The position numbers were made by a program, and so were the translations under genes. A stretch of DNA of 42,135 nucleotides from Candidatus Hodarchaeota archaeon (GTDB lineage: Archaea; Asgardarchaeota; Lokiarchaeia; Sigyniarchaeales; SOKP01). The notes under the pieces were generated by a model. It saw only the letters and a program-made list of their open reading frames with translations, was not told the DNA's origin and did no database searches. Positions 19,048 through 28,910 of this stretch are shown piece after piece (position 1 is the stretch's first letter; each line of letters starts with the position of its first letter). The DNA lies in contig JBHLJY010000023.1 in assembly GCA_048887225.1 (NCBI GenBank), positions 1-42,135 on the forward strand. Direction: 5' to 3'.

Positions 19048-20235
19048 ATGTTAAATCATCGATTGATAAATCCACCTCGAGAGCCAGAAAAATTTGTTGA
19101 AAGTGCAATGCAATTTTTACAAAAACACGCGAAAGAATTAAAAGTGTTTTGTGCGCTTTCTGGAGGTATTGACAGTTCTACTACTTATCTTTTACTTAAA
19201 AGAGCCAATATTAATACGGTTCCAGTCTTCATTGACCATGGTCTTATGAGAATAATTAGAGGTGTAGAGGAGCGAGAATATGTCAAAAAATTACATCCAG
19301 ATGTCTTGATTATCGATATTAGAAATGAATTCTTGCCTAAAATTTTTGGCGAAGGTGATGCGGAAGTTAAAAGGCATCTATTTAAGGATGCTTATTCAGA
19401 AACCATTAGTAAAGTAATTAAAGAAGAAAATTGCGATCTTCTCGCAGATGGAACAATCCTACCAGATATTGAAGAGAGTTTTGGTGTTAAGATAACAGAT
19501 TTAAAAGAAACAATGTCTATTGAAGAGGAACTTGCCTTAAAAGAAAAATACATAAGAGGTTTTGTAAAAAGCCAACATAATGTAGAAATCGAATACGACG
19601 TGGAGGCAACTATCCAACCAGTTGCGAGTCTTACTAAGAATGAGGTGCGTCAAGTACTTGAGTACTTTAATATGCCCCAAGAATTAGTTTATAGAAAAGC
19701 GTTCCCAGGACCTGCTTTAGCTGCTAGAATTATCGGTCCTGTTACTCCCAAAAATCTAAAATTCGAGAAAAAAGTTCACGATTTAGTTGAGTCTAAGGTG
19801 GAAGATTATTACAATGATAAATTTGGAAAAACAATGATTATTAACAATGCAGGAGACCAAGAACCTTTCCAAGTATTTGCTGCCATTAGTGAGAATATTC
19901 TTACTAAAAAAGTTACGGGATTAGTTAATGGGAAAAGAACGTATGAGATTCCCTTATGTGAATCAGGTGAATACGATTTTGAAAAGCTTACAAAAAAGGC
20001 TTCACAAATTAAAGGATATGCTAGAGTTTTTTATGAGATGGGAAATAATCCAACTGGGAAATTCGATGTTGTTATTAGATCTATTAACAGTAAAGACGCA
20101 AGAACCGCAACCGTAACGGAATTATCGATAGAATTACTAAATGAATTAAAACAAAATTTACTTGAAATCTCAGAAACTAAAAATGTTTTTTTTGATGTAA
20201 CTCCAAAACCACCAGCTACTATAGAATATGTGTAA
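19048..20235 (+). CDS. guaA: GMP synthase, ATP pyrophosphatase (B) subunit
   Basis: PP-loop ALSGGIDSS, IDHGLMR, GTILPD.EES, KSQHNV, FPGPALA.RI and DVTPKPPATIE. No glutaminase domain. Confidence 0.9.
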   Translation: MLNHRLINPPREPEKFVESAMQFLQKHAKELKVFCALSGGIDSSTTYLLLKRANINTVPVFIDHGLMRIIRGVEEREYVKKLHPDVLIIDIRNEFLPKIFGEGDAEVKRHLFKDAYSETISKVIKEENCDLLADGTILPDIEESFGVKITDLKETMSIEEELALKEKYIRGFVKSQHNVEIEYDVEATIQPVASLTKNEVRQVLEYFNMPQELVYRKAFPGPALAARIIGPVTPKNLKFEKKVHDLVESKVEDYYNDKFGKTMIINNAGDQEPFQVFAAISENILTKKVTGLVNGKRTYEIPLCESGEYDFEKLTKKASQIKGYARVFYEMGNNPTGKFDVVIRSINSKDARTATVTELSIELLNELKQNLLEISETKNVFFDVTPKPPATIEYV

Positions 20236-20244
20236 TAAAAGCAA

Positions 20245-20475
20245 TTAAGAAAGATTTTTCTCTTTCCATTTTTTCATAAAATTTTTAAAACTCTTATTAG
20301 AGATTCCAAGGGAATTGAAATTATATTCACTCAAATTATTAATAGAATTAGGTTTATGTTTTAAATTTGAGGTTTTTCTAAATTTTAATTCCCAATCGAA
20401 ATATGAAGATACTTTAGTTAATGCTTTTGACATGCTAATTTTGTAACTCTTTTTATTAAAAATAAATTTAAACAC
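20245..20475 (-). CDS. Possible small basic protein (ATG-started 62-aa form more likely)
   Basis: Short K/N-rich ORF convergent with guaA. No family recognised. Confidence 0.3.
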   Translation of the reverse strand: MFKFIFNKKSYKISMSKALTKVSSYFDWELKFRKTSNLKHKPNSINNLSEYNFNSLGISNKSFKNFMKKWKEKNLS

Positions 20476-20663
20476 CGTGTAAATTTTCTAAATTCTGAAA
20501 AAATAATAAAAATTTATGTTTAACTGATTTATTCTTATCTCCATTTTCCGTTACAATATAACGAAATTAAACGATATAACACATTATTTTTCTTAAAAAA
20601 TCTAAGAGATTATAGCATAATCAACACGACAAAAATTTGCTCTTATTTATTTTAACAAAATAA

Positions 20664-23081
20664 TCATCTTAAAGAGGAATCACTTTTGAAGCATAACAAA
20701 TCTTTTTGAATATACCTTCTGTTAAAATCAGGCTTCAACAATTCTTCAAGTTCGGGGAATTCGAACGGAAAGATGTTTTCAAACGCTCGTTTTAACAACT
20801 CTACATATTTTTTTTTATCATACTGATGCTTCCTTTCGTTGTAAAGATCTGAAAGAATTACTTTTTTTTGTGGAAAGTCAGGATCGGCTTCTGCGTTGAG
20901 GATGATGTATTGTACATTTTTTCCCGCTGAGACTACAACTCCAGATCGCTCCAGTTGCCTTGCTGCAACAGCTTGATATGAATTTACCTTGTAGGCAGAA
21001 GGCTTATGAGAGATCCTTTGTTTTATTGTCAGCTCTTCTCTCGATACTTTACCTAAGAGTATTCGATCTACATATTCAAAGAGTCTTTTCTTTGCGTCGG
21101 GAATTCTATGCATAAATTCTTTGACAGAAGTCGCATCTTGAAACTCATCAATAAGCGCATATTGGGCTTCTTTTACAATTTTTGGCATGTCGCGTCGTCG
21201 GACTTCAATGCCTCTCACCTTAAGTTCTCCATCACTTTTGATACCCCAGTAATGATTGAGTGCAGGTACATCAGGTTCTGCTCGGGATGGAAGGAATACG
21301 ATTACATTATATCTTCCTTCCCAATTCATGGGAATTTGTGTCTCTTCTGAAATTTCTTCAGCAATTTTCTTGGTTATCCTGTCGAATTCCTCAGCAGTCC
21401 TTCCCTCTGTGTCTTTAAGCCATAATGAATCCACGATTCCGTGAATGATTCTGCACCCATAATTTTCGGCAATCTCCGTAGCACGTAAAAGGAATTCACG
21501 AGCGAAAGCACATACCGTCTGGTGGGCTTCTATCTTCCCAAAGCGGGCATTTTTGAATCCCAAATATCCAAAACTCACAACGAGCACCCATTTCAGTGCT
21601 ATGTCAGTAAATTTATAGCGAATTTCATCATGAGTTTTGTTATATTCTTTGTACTGCAACCGCTTTCCCAAGGGTAGGCTGATAGACTTTGCGATGATAC
21701 CTCTTCGCTTGGTACAGATATGAAAATTCAGTCCAGGTACCTTAATGCCAGTTCCATCATCCTTACAACACTTGCAGTTAATTGTTTCCGAAGAAACATT
21801 GTATTTCGCCATCACCGAAGGATACATCGAAGAGAAATCAAGCTCTACCACTTGATCAAACACTCCTATAATTGGTTCGAAGATATGACCCCCCCGGTCT
21901 CCACTTATCAAATCCATACCAGAACGAAATCCCTCAGGACTTTTTTTAAATGGTGGGATTAAATGATCGAGCTTATAGGCATTATAGAATTGAATAGACT
22001 GCAATGCCCCTCCGATTGTAACTCTTGATAACCTTTGGAGAGGGACTCGCGAGATACGTGCTACTTCAATCACGCCAGGAATGTTTCCTTCGGTGAAGTG
22101 AAGGCTGGCGTAACTGTTCGTATCCAGATGAAATCTTCCCGTGAAATAAACTTGAGTCTTTGAGCGGCGTCTAATAATTCCATAAGACATGTAATGATCT
22201 GAACCCCCTGAAAGTTCAAAGAGACAGTTTTTGAGAGGTGTTTTGTCTCGAGAGAAGTAAAGATCGTTTGATACATGATTTTCTGACGCACGTGCTACCA
22301 AATATGGAAACACAAACTCGTCTCCGTTCTGCGTGAGAATTATATCGGGATCGATCTTCTCAATCACTCTACTTATTGTTTTCAAATTATCGGCCTCGTC
22401 AGCCAAATCGATCAGAATTCTGCGCCTTTTGTAGCCATCTGCTCTTGGAACATTGTTTTCATCATTTTCCACGATGCTTACTTCAGTGTAAGCAAGAGGG
22501 TCGTTGTAGTACGCTCTAATTCCGCGTTTCTGAACCTTGATATCTAACCACACAGCCTTTAACGGGGGCAATTCATAAAATAGTTCTTCATTATCGTCTT
22601 TCAACTCTAAAGAGATTAAACGCATAACTTTTTCTCTCTTCTTTTTATCTTTTTCGATTTTCACCGCAAATTTACAGCGAGACATTGGGAATAAATCATT
22701 TACATAAAAATACATCTGAGCGATCGGTAGATCTGTATTATAGAGCGTAAAAATCCCTAAATCGTCAATTTCGCTGATCACTTTTTTTAATACCGAAGGT
22801 TTTGCCACCGAAACACCAAAAATTTTCGTTTTCGTATGATCCTCTAACTTAACATATTTTTCACAGATCCGCACATCTTTCACATTGGGATGAGCCTTTA
22901 GAATGGTTCTTAACCCCTTTAAATCGTTTCCAGCACTTTTCTTTGGGACAGCAAAAAATTCAGGGCAAAATTCCTGAAGTATTTTTAAAACTCTCTTTCG
23001 TCTTTTAACCCAAAGAATAATCCCATCGTTATACGTTGAAACATCCAAAAGCCAGGCATCAAAATGCACTTGAGAAACCAA
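20664..23081 (-). CDS. polB2: Family B DNA polymerase PolB2 (exonuclease-dead, error-prone/damage-associated type)
   Basis: Motif A LDFSSMYPS, PolB2-type motif B KWVLVVSFGYLG and motif C HGIVDS. Exonuclease motifs are degenerate (WLDIK; NGDEFVFPYL). Confidence 0.92.
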   Translation of the reverse strand: MVSQVHFDAWLLDVSTYNDGIILWVKRRKRVLKILQEFCPEFFAVPKKSAGNDLKGLRTILKAHPNVKDVRICEKYVKLEDHTKTKIFGVSVAKPSVLKKVISEIDDLGIFTLYNTDLPIAQMYFYVNDLFPMSRCKFAVKIEKDKKKREKVMRLISLELKDDNEELFYELPPLKAVWLDIKVQKRGIRAYYNDPLAYTEVSIVENDENNVPRADGYKRRRILIDLADEADNLKTISRVIEKIDPDIILTQNGDEFVFPYLVARASENHVSNDLYFSRDKTPLKNCLFELSGGSDHYMSYGIIRRRSKTQVYFTGRFHLDTNSYASLHFTEGNIPGVIEVARISRVPLQRLSRVTIGGALQSIQFYNAYKLDHLIPPFKKSPEGFRSGMDLISGDRGGHIFEPIIGVFDQVVELDFSSMYPSVMAKYNVSSETINCKCCKDDGTGIKVPGLNFHICTKRRGIIAKSISLPLGKRLQYKEYNKTHDEIRYKFTDIALKWVLVVSFGYLGFKNARFGKIEAHQTVCAFAREFLLRATEIAENYGCRIIHGIVDSLWLKDTEGRTAEEFDRITKKIAEEISEETQIPMNWEGRYNVIVFLPSRAEPDVPALNHYWGIKSDGELKVRGIEVRRRDMPKIVKEAQYALIDEFQDATSVKEFMHRIPDAKKRLFEYVDRILLGKVSREELTIKQRISHKPSAYKVNSYQAVAARQLERSGVVVSAGKNVQYIILNAEADPDFPQKKVILSDLYNERKHQYDKKKYVELLKRAFENIFPFEFPELEELLKPDFNRRYIQKDLLCFKSDSSLR

Positions 23082-23082
23082 T

Positions 23083-23352
23083 TTATTTATCCTTCAGCTT
23101 TCCTTCCAATTCTTTAATCTTTTTTCCTAATTTCTCGATTTTCTTCTCTTGCTCGAGTGCGCAGGACATGAATAGGATTTCCGAAAGCATTGGACGTGCG
23201 CTTAAGCTTCCAGCATCAGCGTGAATTCGAGCAAAATTCATTAACTTATGAAAAGTTTCTTGATCTTCAGGTCTAAGCGCTCTTTTAAAATCCTTCCAGC
23301 TTTTAATTTCGTGTTCTAACGCAGGTCTGAAAGGAGGTACTGTGCGACCCAT
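23083..23352 (-). CDS. Small PolB2-associated protein (arCOG07300/PPB2-like)
   Basis: MGRTVPPFR...E...W..F.RALR.ED...F pattern. Its stop lies 1 nt before the polB2 start. Confidence 0.85.
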   Translation of the reverse strand: MGRTVPPFRPALEHEIKSWKDFKRALRPEDQETFHKLMNFARIHADAGSLSARPMLSEILFMSCALEQEKKIEKLGKKIKELEGKLKDK

Positions 23353-23361
23353 ACTGATTAC

Positions 23362-23420
23362 CAAAAAGAGTAATTCGCTGTAGAATTTAAAAAAAAATAC
23401 ATCGAAAATTTTCTGATTTT
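23362..23420 (-). promoter_or_regulatory. Promoter of the PPB2-polB2 operon: TATA (23386-23391) plus operator-like box (23403-23420)
   Basis: Aligns without gaps to the iRadA promoter at 33677-33735. Confidence 0.7.
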
Positions 23421-23493
23421 TGCAACTAACTAAATTTTAACAAAAATGTAAAGTCTGAAGTCTTATATTAGATAGATCATTTTTGAGCTTCCT

Positions 23494-24027
23494 TCAGTCA
23501 CATGAAGAGAAATTACTTACAACTTTCTTTGCCAATAGTTCAAAAGTTTCATTTACGTTTTTTCCCGTAAAAGAAGAAGTCTTTAAATAACTAAAACAAT
23601 TATCACTTTTTTCCAAAATCTTTGATACGGAATCGTCAATTTCCCTTGTGTTCCCATTAATCATATCGTATTTAGATCCAATAATTAATGTAGGGAAATC
23701 TCCGTATTGAGATAACAAACTCAACCAAAAATCTATCTGGGTTAAAGTGCTAAAACGCGTTAAATCAAATAAAACTAAAGCCCCTATAGTTCCTTCTAGC
23801 CAATTAACCTTAGAGAAAAGAGCTTTGAATTGTTCTTGGCCTCCTAAATCCCATAATAAAAGCTGATAATTTTCTCTTTCAATTACAATTTTCTTAGAAA
23901 AGAATTCTAATCCCTTGGTTATTTGTGTGTCGATTTCAAATTGTTCGTTCACATATCTATTTAATAGCGTTGTTTTCCCTACGCCACCATCTCCAGAAAT
24001 AACTATTTTAATAATGCGATCTAACAT
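23494..24027 (-). CDS. Rab/Ras-like small GTPase (eukaryotic signature protein)
   Basis: G1 GDGGVGKT, G2 T, G3 WDLGGQ, variant G4 GSKYD and G5 TSS. Confidence 0.9.
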   Translation of the reverse strand: MLDRIIKIVISGDGGVGKTTLLNRYVNEQFEIDTQITKGLEFFSKKIVIERENYQLLLWDLGGQEQFKALFSKVNWLEGTIGALVLFDLTRFSTLTQIDFWLSLLSQYGDFPTLIIGSKYDMINGNTREIDDSVSKILEKSDNCFSYLKTSSFTGKNVNETFELLAKKVVSNFSSCD

Positions 24028-24254
24028 AAATTAAACCATACTCATAAAAGTCTTATACCCTTTACGTAGATCATAATCCATTATATATTTAAATAATATG
24101 TTAGTAATATTTGTTGTTTACACAAGAACATAAAAATTTTAGATACTTCAAGCGATATATTTTTATTCGTTGATAAGATTCATTTAAATTATTATACATA
24201 AAATATTTATCTGATTAATTTGAATGTTAATAAAATTAGTTATAAGATAATAAA

Positions 24255-24668
24255 ATGAGTAAAAAGTTAAAAAAATGGCACGCTCCTTGCGGGATTTATT
24301 GTAAAAGATGTCCTGGCGTGAAGGCTTACGGTTGTAAAGGATGCCGAGAACAAGAGGGTCAAATATATAAGTTACCGATATGTAAAACATATCAATGTGT
24401 CACAAATAAGGGATACGATTTTTGTTATGAATGTGAAGATTTTCCTTGCGAAATGCTACAGCCTATCGTTAATTTTGAGATTTTTGCTCCTCACAACTCA
24501 AAAGTATATAATTTAGTCATGATAAAAAAGCTTGGATTAGAAGAATGGGATAAAATTTGTGATATGAAAACAACTTTTTATTATCAAGGCAGAAAAGTTC
24601 AATATGGAGGAGATCCATTAACCTTAGAAAAAAAGGATCCAAAAATGTATAAAAAGAAAACAAAATAA
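24255..24668 (+). CDS. DUF3795 family Cys-rich protein
   Basis: APCGIYCKRC..CKGCR...C...C...KG.DFCYECEDFPC. Confidence 0.85.
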   Translation: MSKKLKKWHAPCGIYCKRCPGVKAYGCKGCREQEGQIYKLPICKTYQCVTNKGYDFCYECEDFPCEMLQPIVNFEIFAPHNSKVYNLVMIKKLGLEEWDKICDMKTTFYYQGRKVQYGGDPLTLEKKDPKMYKKKTK

Positions 24669-24693
24669 ACATATAAAAAATAGTGATTTTACT

Positions 24694-25575
24694 ATGCTGT
24701 TAAAAGGCAAAAATATAATAATTACAGGTTCTGGTCGAGGTATCGGAAAAACTGTTGCGATTGCGTGTGCTAAAGAAGGAGCAAATGTTGGATTAACTTC
24801 AAGAACTTTGGATGAATTAAAGAATACCAAAAAAGAGGTTGAAACCTTAGGAACTGGAGTTAAGGTTGTATTAAAAACTGCCGATATTACAAAATATGAG
24901 GAAGTTGAAGAAGCTTTCAAGTATTTCCATAACGAATTAGGTTTATTAAATGGAATTATTGCAAACGCAGGTGCTTCATGGATGGGAAATACTCATGATT
25001 TTGACCCAGAAAGATTCGATAATATTCTTAAAGTTAACATACTTGGAGTATTCAATACGTTTAAAGCGGCATATCCTTATTTGAAAAAAGACGATAAAAA
25101 AGCAAAAGCACGATTCTTAATAACGGGAAGCGAAGCTTATCCTCAGGGAATGCCTAAATTTACTGCTTATGCAGCAACCAAATATGCTACCGTAGGACTA
25201 CAAAGGAGTTTAGCTGCTGAATATAAAAGAGAAAACATAACCTTTAACCAGATATTGCCGACTATGGTCGATACAAGAATGCTCCGAGGAAAGAAAGCTG
25301 GTGATGGAAACAAGCCAAGTGGTGTATTGAATCCATGGGACTTAAACGATTATTATATCTTTATAATGTCAGATGAATCAAATAAAGTGAATGATCAATT
25401 AATAATGTCGAGCGAAATTGAAAGGGTTAAAAAGATAATTAATGGCGCGCCATTAGATAAAAAGGAAAATTGGGAGATTTTCAAGTATTATCTTGAAGAG
25501 AAATCGCCAAAAACTTTTAACAACGTTAAAAAACTTAAACAATTTATTGAATTTCTTTTAACTCGTTCAAAGTAA
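24694..25575 (+). CDS. Short-chain dehydrogenase/reductase
   Basis: TGSGRGIG, NAG and YAATK. Confidence 0.92.
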   Translation: MLLKGKNIIITGSGRGIGKTVAIACAKEGANVGLTSRTLDELKNTKKEVETLGTGVKVVLKTADITKYEEVEEAFKYFHNELGLLNGIIANAGASWMGNTHDFDPERFDNILKVNILGVFNTFKAAYPYLKKDDKKAKARFLITGSEAYPQGMPKFTAYAATKYATVGLQRSLAAEYKRENITFNQILPTMVDTRMLRGKKAGDGNKPSGVLNPWDLNDYYIFIMSDESNKVNDQLIMSSEIERVKKIINGAPLDKKENWEIFKYYLEEKSPKTFNNVKKLKQFIEFLLTRSK

Positions 25576-27390
25576 TTTAGAATAAGTCCCAAATTTTGGA
25601 AATTTTTTCAATTGGTCTGATTTAAATATTGGTCCATCTTTACAAACTGAAACATTATTATCTTCTCCTAAACAACAAGAACCACACAGTCCAACACCGC
25701 ATTTCATTTTTCTTTCAAGAGATGCTTGAACTTCAATGTTTTTAGACTCTGCAATTTTAAGAACTTCTTTCATCATAATTTCAGGACCACATGTCATAAT
25801 TAAATCAATATTTTCACTTTTAATAATATCTTCAATAGTCTCAGTGACAAAGCACTTTTTTCCAATGGAACCATCATCAGTGGTACACAATGTATTAGGG
25901 ATAAGTTCAATAAGTCTATCTGAAAAAATTAAAGAGGACTCATCTTTCGCTCCTATGGCAACGAAAACATTTTTCTTATTTTGCTTTAAAGGTTCAATTA
26001 AAGACGTGAGAGCAGCAATACCCATCCCTCCACCAACTATAAGAATATTTTGAGCATCCTCGTAATTCCAAGAGGTTCCGAAAGGGCCTCTTATTCCAAT
26101 ACTATCACCTTCTGTTAACTCAAATAATTTAGCAGTACCTTCACCTATTTTTTGAACTGTAATTTCAAGTAAATTTCCATCTATATTTGAAATTGACATT
26201 GGTAAGAAATCGATATCAGGAAGCCATAAGATAACGAATTCTCCCGGTCGATATGCTTTCGCGATTCTTGAATTTCTAATAATGAAACTCTTTATCTCAG
26301 GAGAGTGTTCAACGATTGATTCTATCTTTATAATATCTGTTTTACTTCTGGTAATGTCTAAAATTAATTCTTCATTATCTTTATCAAGGTTTTTTACTTC
26401 AAAAATTCCTTGGTTCACAGCTAATTCGAAGATTTCTTTTCCTCTTGGTGTTCTAATTATAAAAGTTCTCCAATCCTTCTCGCTACCAACATTTCCTACA
26501 GAGATATCAGCAAAAGAGGCGGTATAATCAGAACAAGAAAAACAGGCATTTCTGATCGAATTATCGTATAAATAATTTAGAGGAATTTCTTTTTCTCCCG
26601 ACTTTGTTTTAATTTTCATGTTAAAATCGTTTTTAATTGAATCAATAGAGTTTATTTCACTCGGACTTATATTATATACCTCAAAACATTTTATTAATTG
26701 TTGATTATGAAAGGTACCAAAACAAAATGTCCCGATTGCTAAAGAAACCAAATCATATGCCTCATAATCGAAGCCTGGGTGATTTTGTAATTTCCTTAAG
26801 CCTTGGATTTGGCATGGTGTTCCTACAATTGCTATATCAGTAAATTCTTTGTTAATAGCGTCTCCAACTAAAGAGAGTATAGGACTTTGGCTAGGTTTAT
26901 ATCCAATGCCTCTGAATAAATCGTTTTGGTTTTCTGCAACCATCGGAAAAGGTCTAAAATATTCATCTTTATCAGTTATAATTGACGCATCAATTAAACC
27001 AGCTTCCATGGTTGTATTTAGTAACGCAGTTATGGGTCCAGCGTGTAACGGATACTTTTTTGCTGCAGCATCCGTAAGCTTCACCGATACAATTTTTATA
27101 AAGTGCCCTAATATTTTATCATATTCCTTCCCGAATACCCATTTATCCAGCAAAGATAGTGGTATTTGATCTATTCCTGTTTTAGGACAAGTATTATAAC
27201 ATAAACCATATCCATCGCGACAAGTAGCTATATCTTTACAAGACCCATCCTCAATTGGTACTTCTTTTTCATCGTCGAATTTAATATTTGCACAAAATGC
27301 TCCACATGCCCCACAATAGACACATTTGTCTGTTTTGATTATTTCAGAGTCTAATTCTTGCCATCCTTTTTTTAATTTTTCAATGTACAT
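25567..27390 (-). CDS. Fusion of an FrhB/FpoF-like (F420-binding, 4Fe-4S) domain and a PyrK/NfnA-like FAD/NAD(P)/[2Fe-2S] domain
   Basis: N-terminal half: CVYCGACGAFC, CYNTCP, VGTPCQI, GTFC and CFSCSDYTASFADISVG. C-terminal half: PGEFV.LW, GGGMG.A, TDDGS, CGPE.MM and CGVGLCGSC..VC.DGP. ATG 27390 follows the upstream stop. Confidence 0.85.
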   Translation of the reverse strand: MYIEKLKKGWQELDSEIIKTDKCVYCGACGAFCANIKFDDEKEVPIEDGSCKDIATCRDGYGLCYNTCPKTGIDQIPLSLLDKWVFGKEYDKILGHFIKIVSVKLTDAAAKKYPLHAGPITALLNTTMEAGLIDASIITDKDEYFRPFPMVAENQNDLFRGIGYKPSQSPILSLVGDAINKEFTDIAIVGTPCQIQGLRKLQNHPGFDYEAYDLVSLAIGTFCFGTFHNQQLIKCFEVYNISPSEINSIDSIKNDFNMKIKTKSGEKEIPLNYLYDNSIRNACFSCSDYTASFADISVGNVGSEKDWRTFIIRTPRGKEIFELAVNQGIFEVKNLDKDNEELILDITRSKTDIIKIESIVEHSPEIKSFIIRNSRIAKAYRPGEFVILWLPDIDFLPMSISNIDGNLLEITVQKIGEGTAKLFELTEGDSIGIRGPFGTSWNYEDAQNILIVGGGMGIAALTSLIEPLKQNKKNVFVAIGAKDESSLIFSDRLIELIPNTLCTTDDGSIGKKCFVTETIEDIIKSENIDLIMTCGPEIMMKEVLKIAESKNIEVQASLERKMKCGVGLCGSCCLGEDNNVSVCKDGPIFKSDQLKKFPKFGTYSKLL

Positions 27391-27391
27391 A

Positions 27392-27988
27392 TTATTCTTT
27401 TTCACCCTCAAGTTGTTTAAGAAAATATTCTGCTTCAACTTTTCCAAGTTCAAAAGCTTCTAAATTCTTTTCTAAAGTGACTTTTGGTACAAAATCTTTA
27501 AGCGTCTCAATTGCGGCTTGCTCGGAGATAATTTTCGAAAGAGTAGTAAAAGCTCCAAAAAGAATTGAATTCCCATAAACTCTATCTCCAAATTTTTCTA
27601 AAGCCATTCGCTGAACTGGTATACCTAACGATTTAAATTTTTGTGCGATCCTGAATTTTTTAATTGTTGAAGGATCCCATACTAAATAACCAGTATTATC
27701 TCCTTTTTTCAAAGAATTTCGTTTAACATCTTTAGCAGATTCTTCAGAAAGAACGATTAAAAAATCATAGGGCATTAATGCTTTAGGATAATCAATTTGT
27801 TTTGTATCCCTATCTAAATCAACTACAACTTCAGCCCAACACCTTCCACCTCGAGCTGCAGCTGAATAAGCTTCAGTTTGAGTAGAAGCTAAATTTTCGT
27901 AGATTGCACTTGCCATTATTATCATTTTACTGAGAGTTATTACACCTTGCCCACCAAAACCTGAAATTCTTATTTCATATCGATTCAT
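27392..27988 (-). CDS. 2-oxoacid:ferredoxin oxidoreductase gamma subunit
   Basis: GFGGQGVI, YSAAARGG, NSILFGA and N.EAFELG. Confidence 0.92.
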   Translation of the reverse strand: MNRYEIRISGFGGQGVITLSKMIIMASAIYENLASTQTEAYSAAARGGRCWAEVVVDLDRDTKQIDYPKALMPYDFLIVLSEESAKDVKRNSLKKGDNTGYLVWDPSTIKKFRIAQKFKSLGIPVQRMALEKFGDRVYGNSILFGAFTTLSKIISEQAAIETLKDFVPKVTLEKNLEAFELGKVEAEYFLKQLEGEKE

Positions 27989-27992
27989 TTAA

Positions 27993-28910
27993 TTATTTTC
28001 CCTCCATGGCGACTCTCTGAATTTTTCTATATTCTTCCGAATATTCAGGTTTATCTGGCTGGTATCTAAATTCTCCTATTATATACCTATTAAATAATTC
28101 CTCTTCGCTCATGAATTTCGCCTGATTTATTCGCACCGAAACATTTTTTATCCAATCAAACATTTTTCCTCCTGAATCCATTTTTTCTCCTTTCTCCCCT
28201 ATTAATTCAGAACCTAGATTATCTAAATTTTTTCGTCCAAAATAAGTTACACAGGGAGTAATAATTTCAATGACGGAACAACCCTTATGCCTTAATGCTT
28301 TTTTAAAGTATTTCATATAAGTACGTGGATGAGCAACAGTCGTTCTTGCTACATAAGTAGCTCCTGCCGCTAGAGCAATTTTTATACCGTCGCTTCGATT
28401 TTCAAACATTTTATACGGGGTGGTTGAACTTTTTGCTCCATAGAGCGTAGTTGGTGCTCCTTGACCGCCTGTCATTCCATAAATACTATTATTAAAAATA
28501 AATATAATGCAATCAAGATTTCTTCGGCATAAGTGAATAAAATGATTACCTCCGATACCTAAGCAATCTCCATCACCAGAAAAGATTATTGGTTTCATCT
28601 TAGGATTTGCCATTTTCATTCCAGTTGCTATAGCAGGAGCTCTTCCATGAAGTGTTACAATTTTTTGGGAATCATAATGAACTAATAATAAAATTTGAGT
28701 ATAACATCCAATTCCAATAACTAAAGGGTATAAATGGGGATCTAATTTTTCATCTTCAAAAACTCGAGTATAAATTTGACCAATTATTCCATATCCGCAG
28801 CCTGCACAAAACCTAGAAGAATAATTACTCAACAAACGTCCTGCGTAGGATTGTGTGAGATAAGGGTGTTCTGGTTTCTCGCTTGGATACATTGGAAGTT
28901 CTCCTGACAT
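27993..28910 (-). CDS. 2-oxoacid:ferredoxin oxidoreductase beta subunit
   Basis: CAGCG, GIGC, HGRA, TPP-binding GDGD...NN.IYGMTGGQ and PCVT. Confidence 0.93.
   Translation of the reverse strand: MSGELPMYPSEKPEHPYLTQSYAGRLLSNYSSRFCAGCGYGIIGQIYTRVFEDEKLDPHLYPLVIGIGCYTQILLLVHYDSQKIVTLHGRAPAIATGMKMANPKMKPIIFSGDGDCLGIGGNHFIHLCRRNLDCIIFIFNNSIYGMTGGQGAPTTLYGAKSSTTPYKMFENRSDGIKIALAAGATYVARTTVAHPRTYMKYFKKALRHKGCSVIEIITPCVTYFGRKNLDNLGSELIGEKGEKMDSGGKMFDWIKNVSVRINQAKFMSEEELFNRYIIGEFRYQPDKPEYSEEYRKIQRVAMEGK

Noticed and set aside
460-23081. Inteins in either polymerase, or a casposon/viral origin for polB2
   Set aside because: Motif spacing and lengths are normal, and there is no cas1, terminal repeat, capsid or protein-primed signature.
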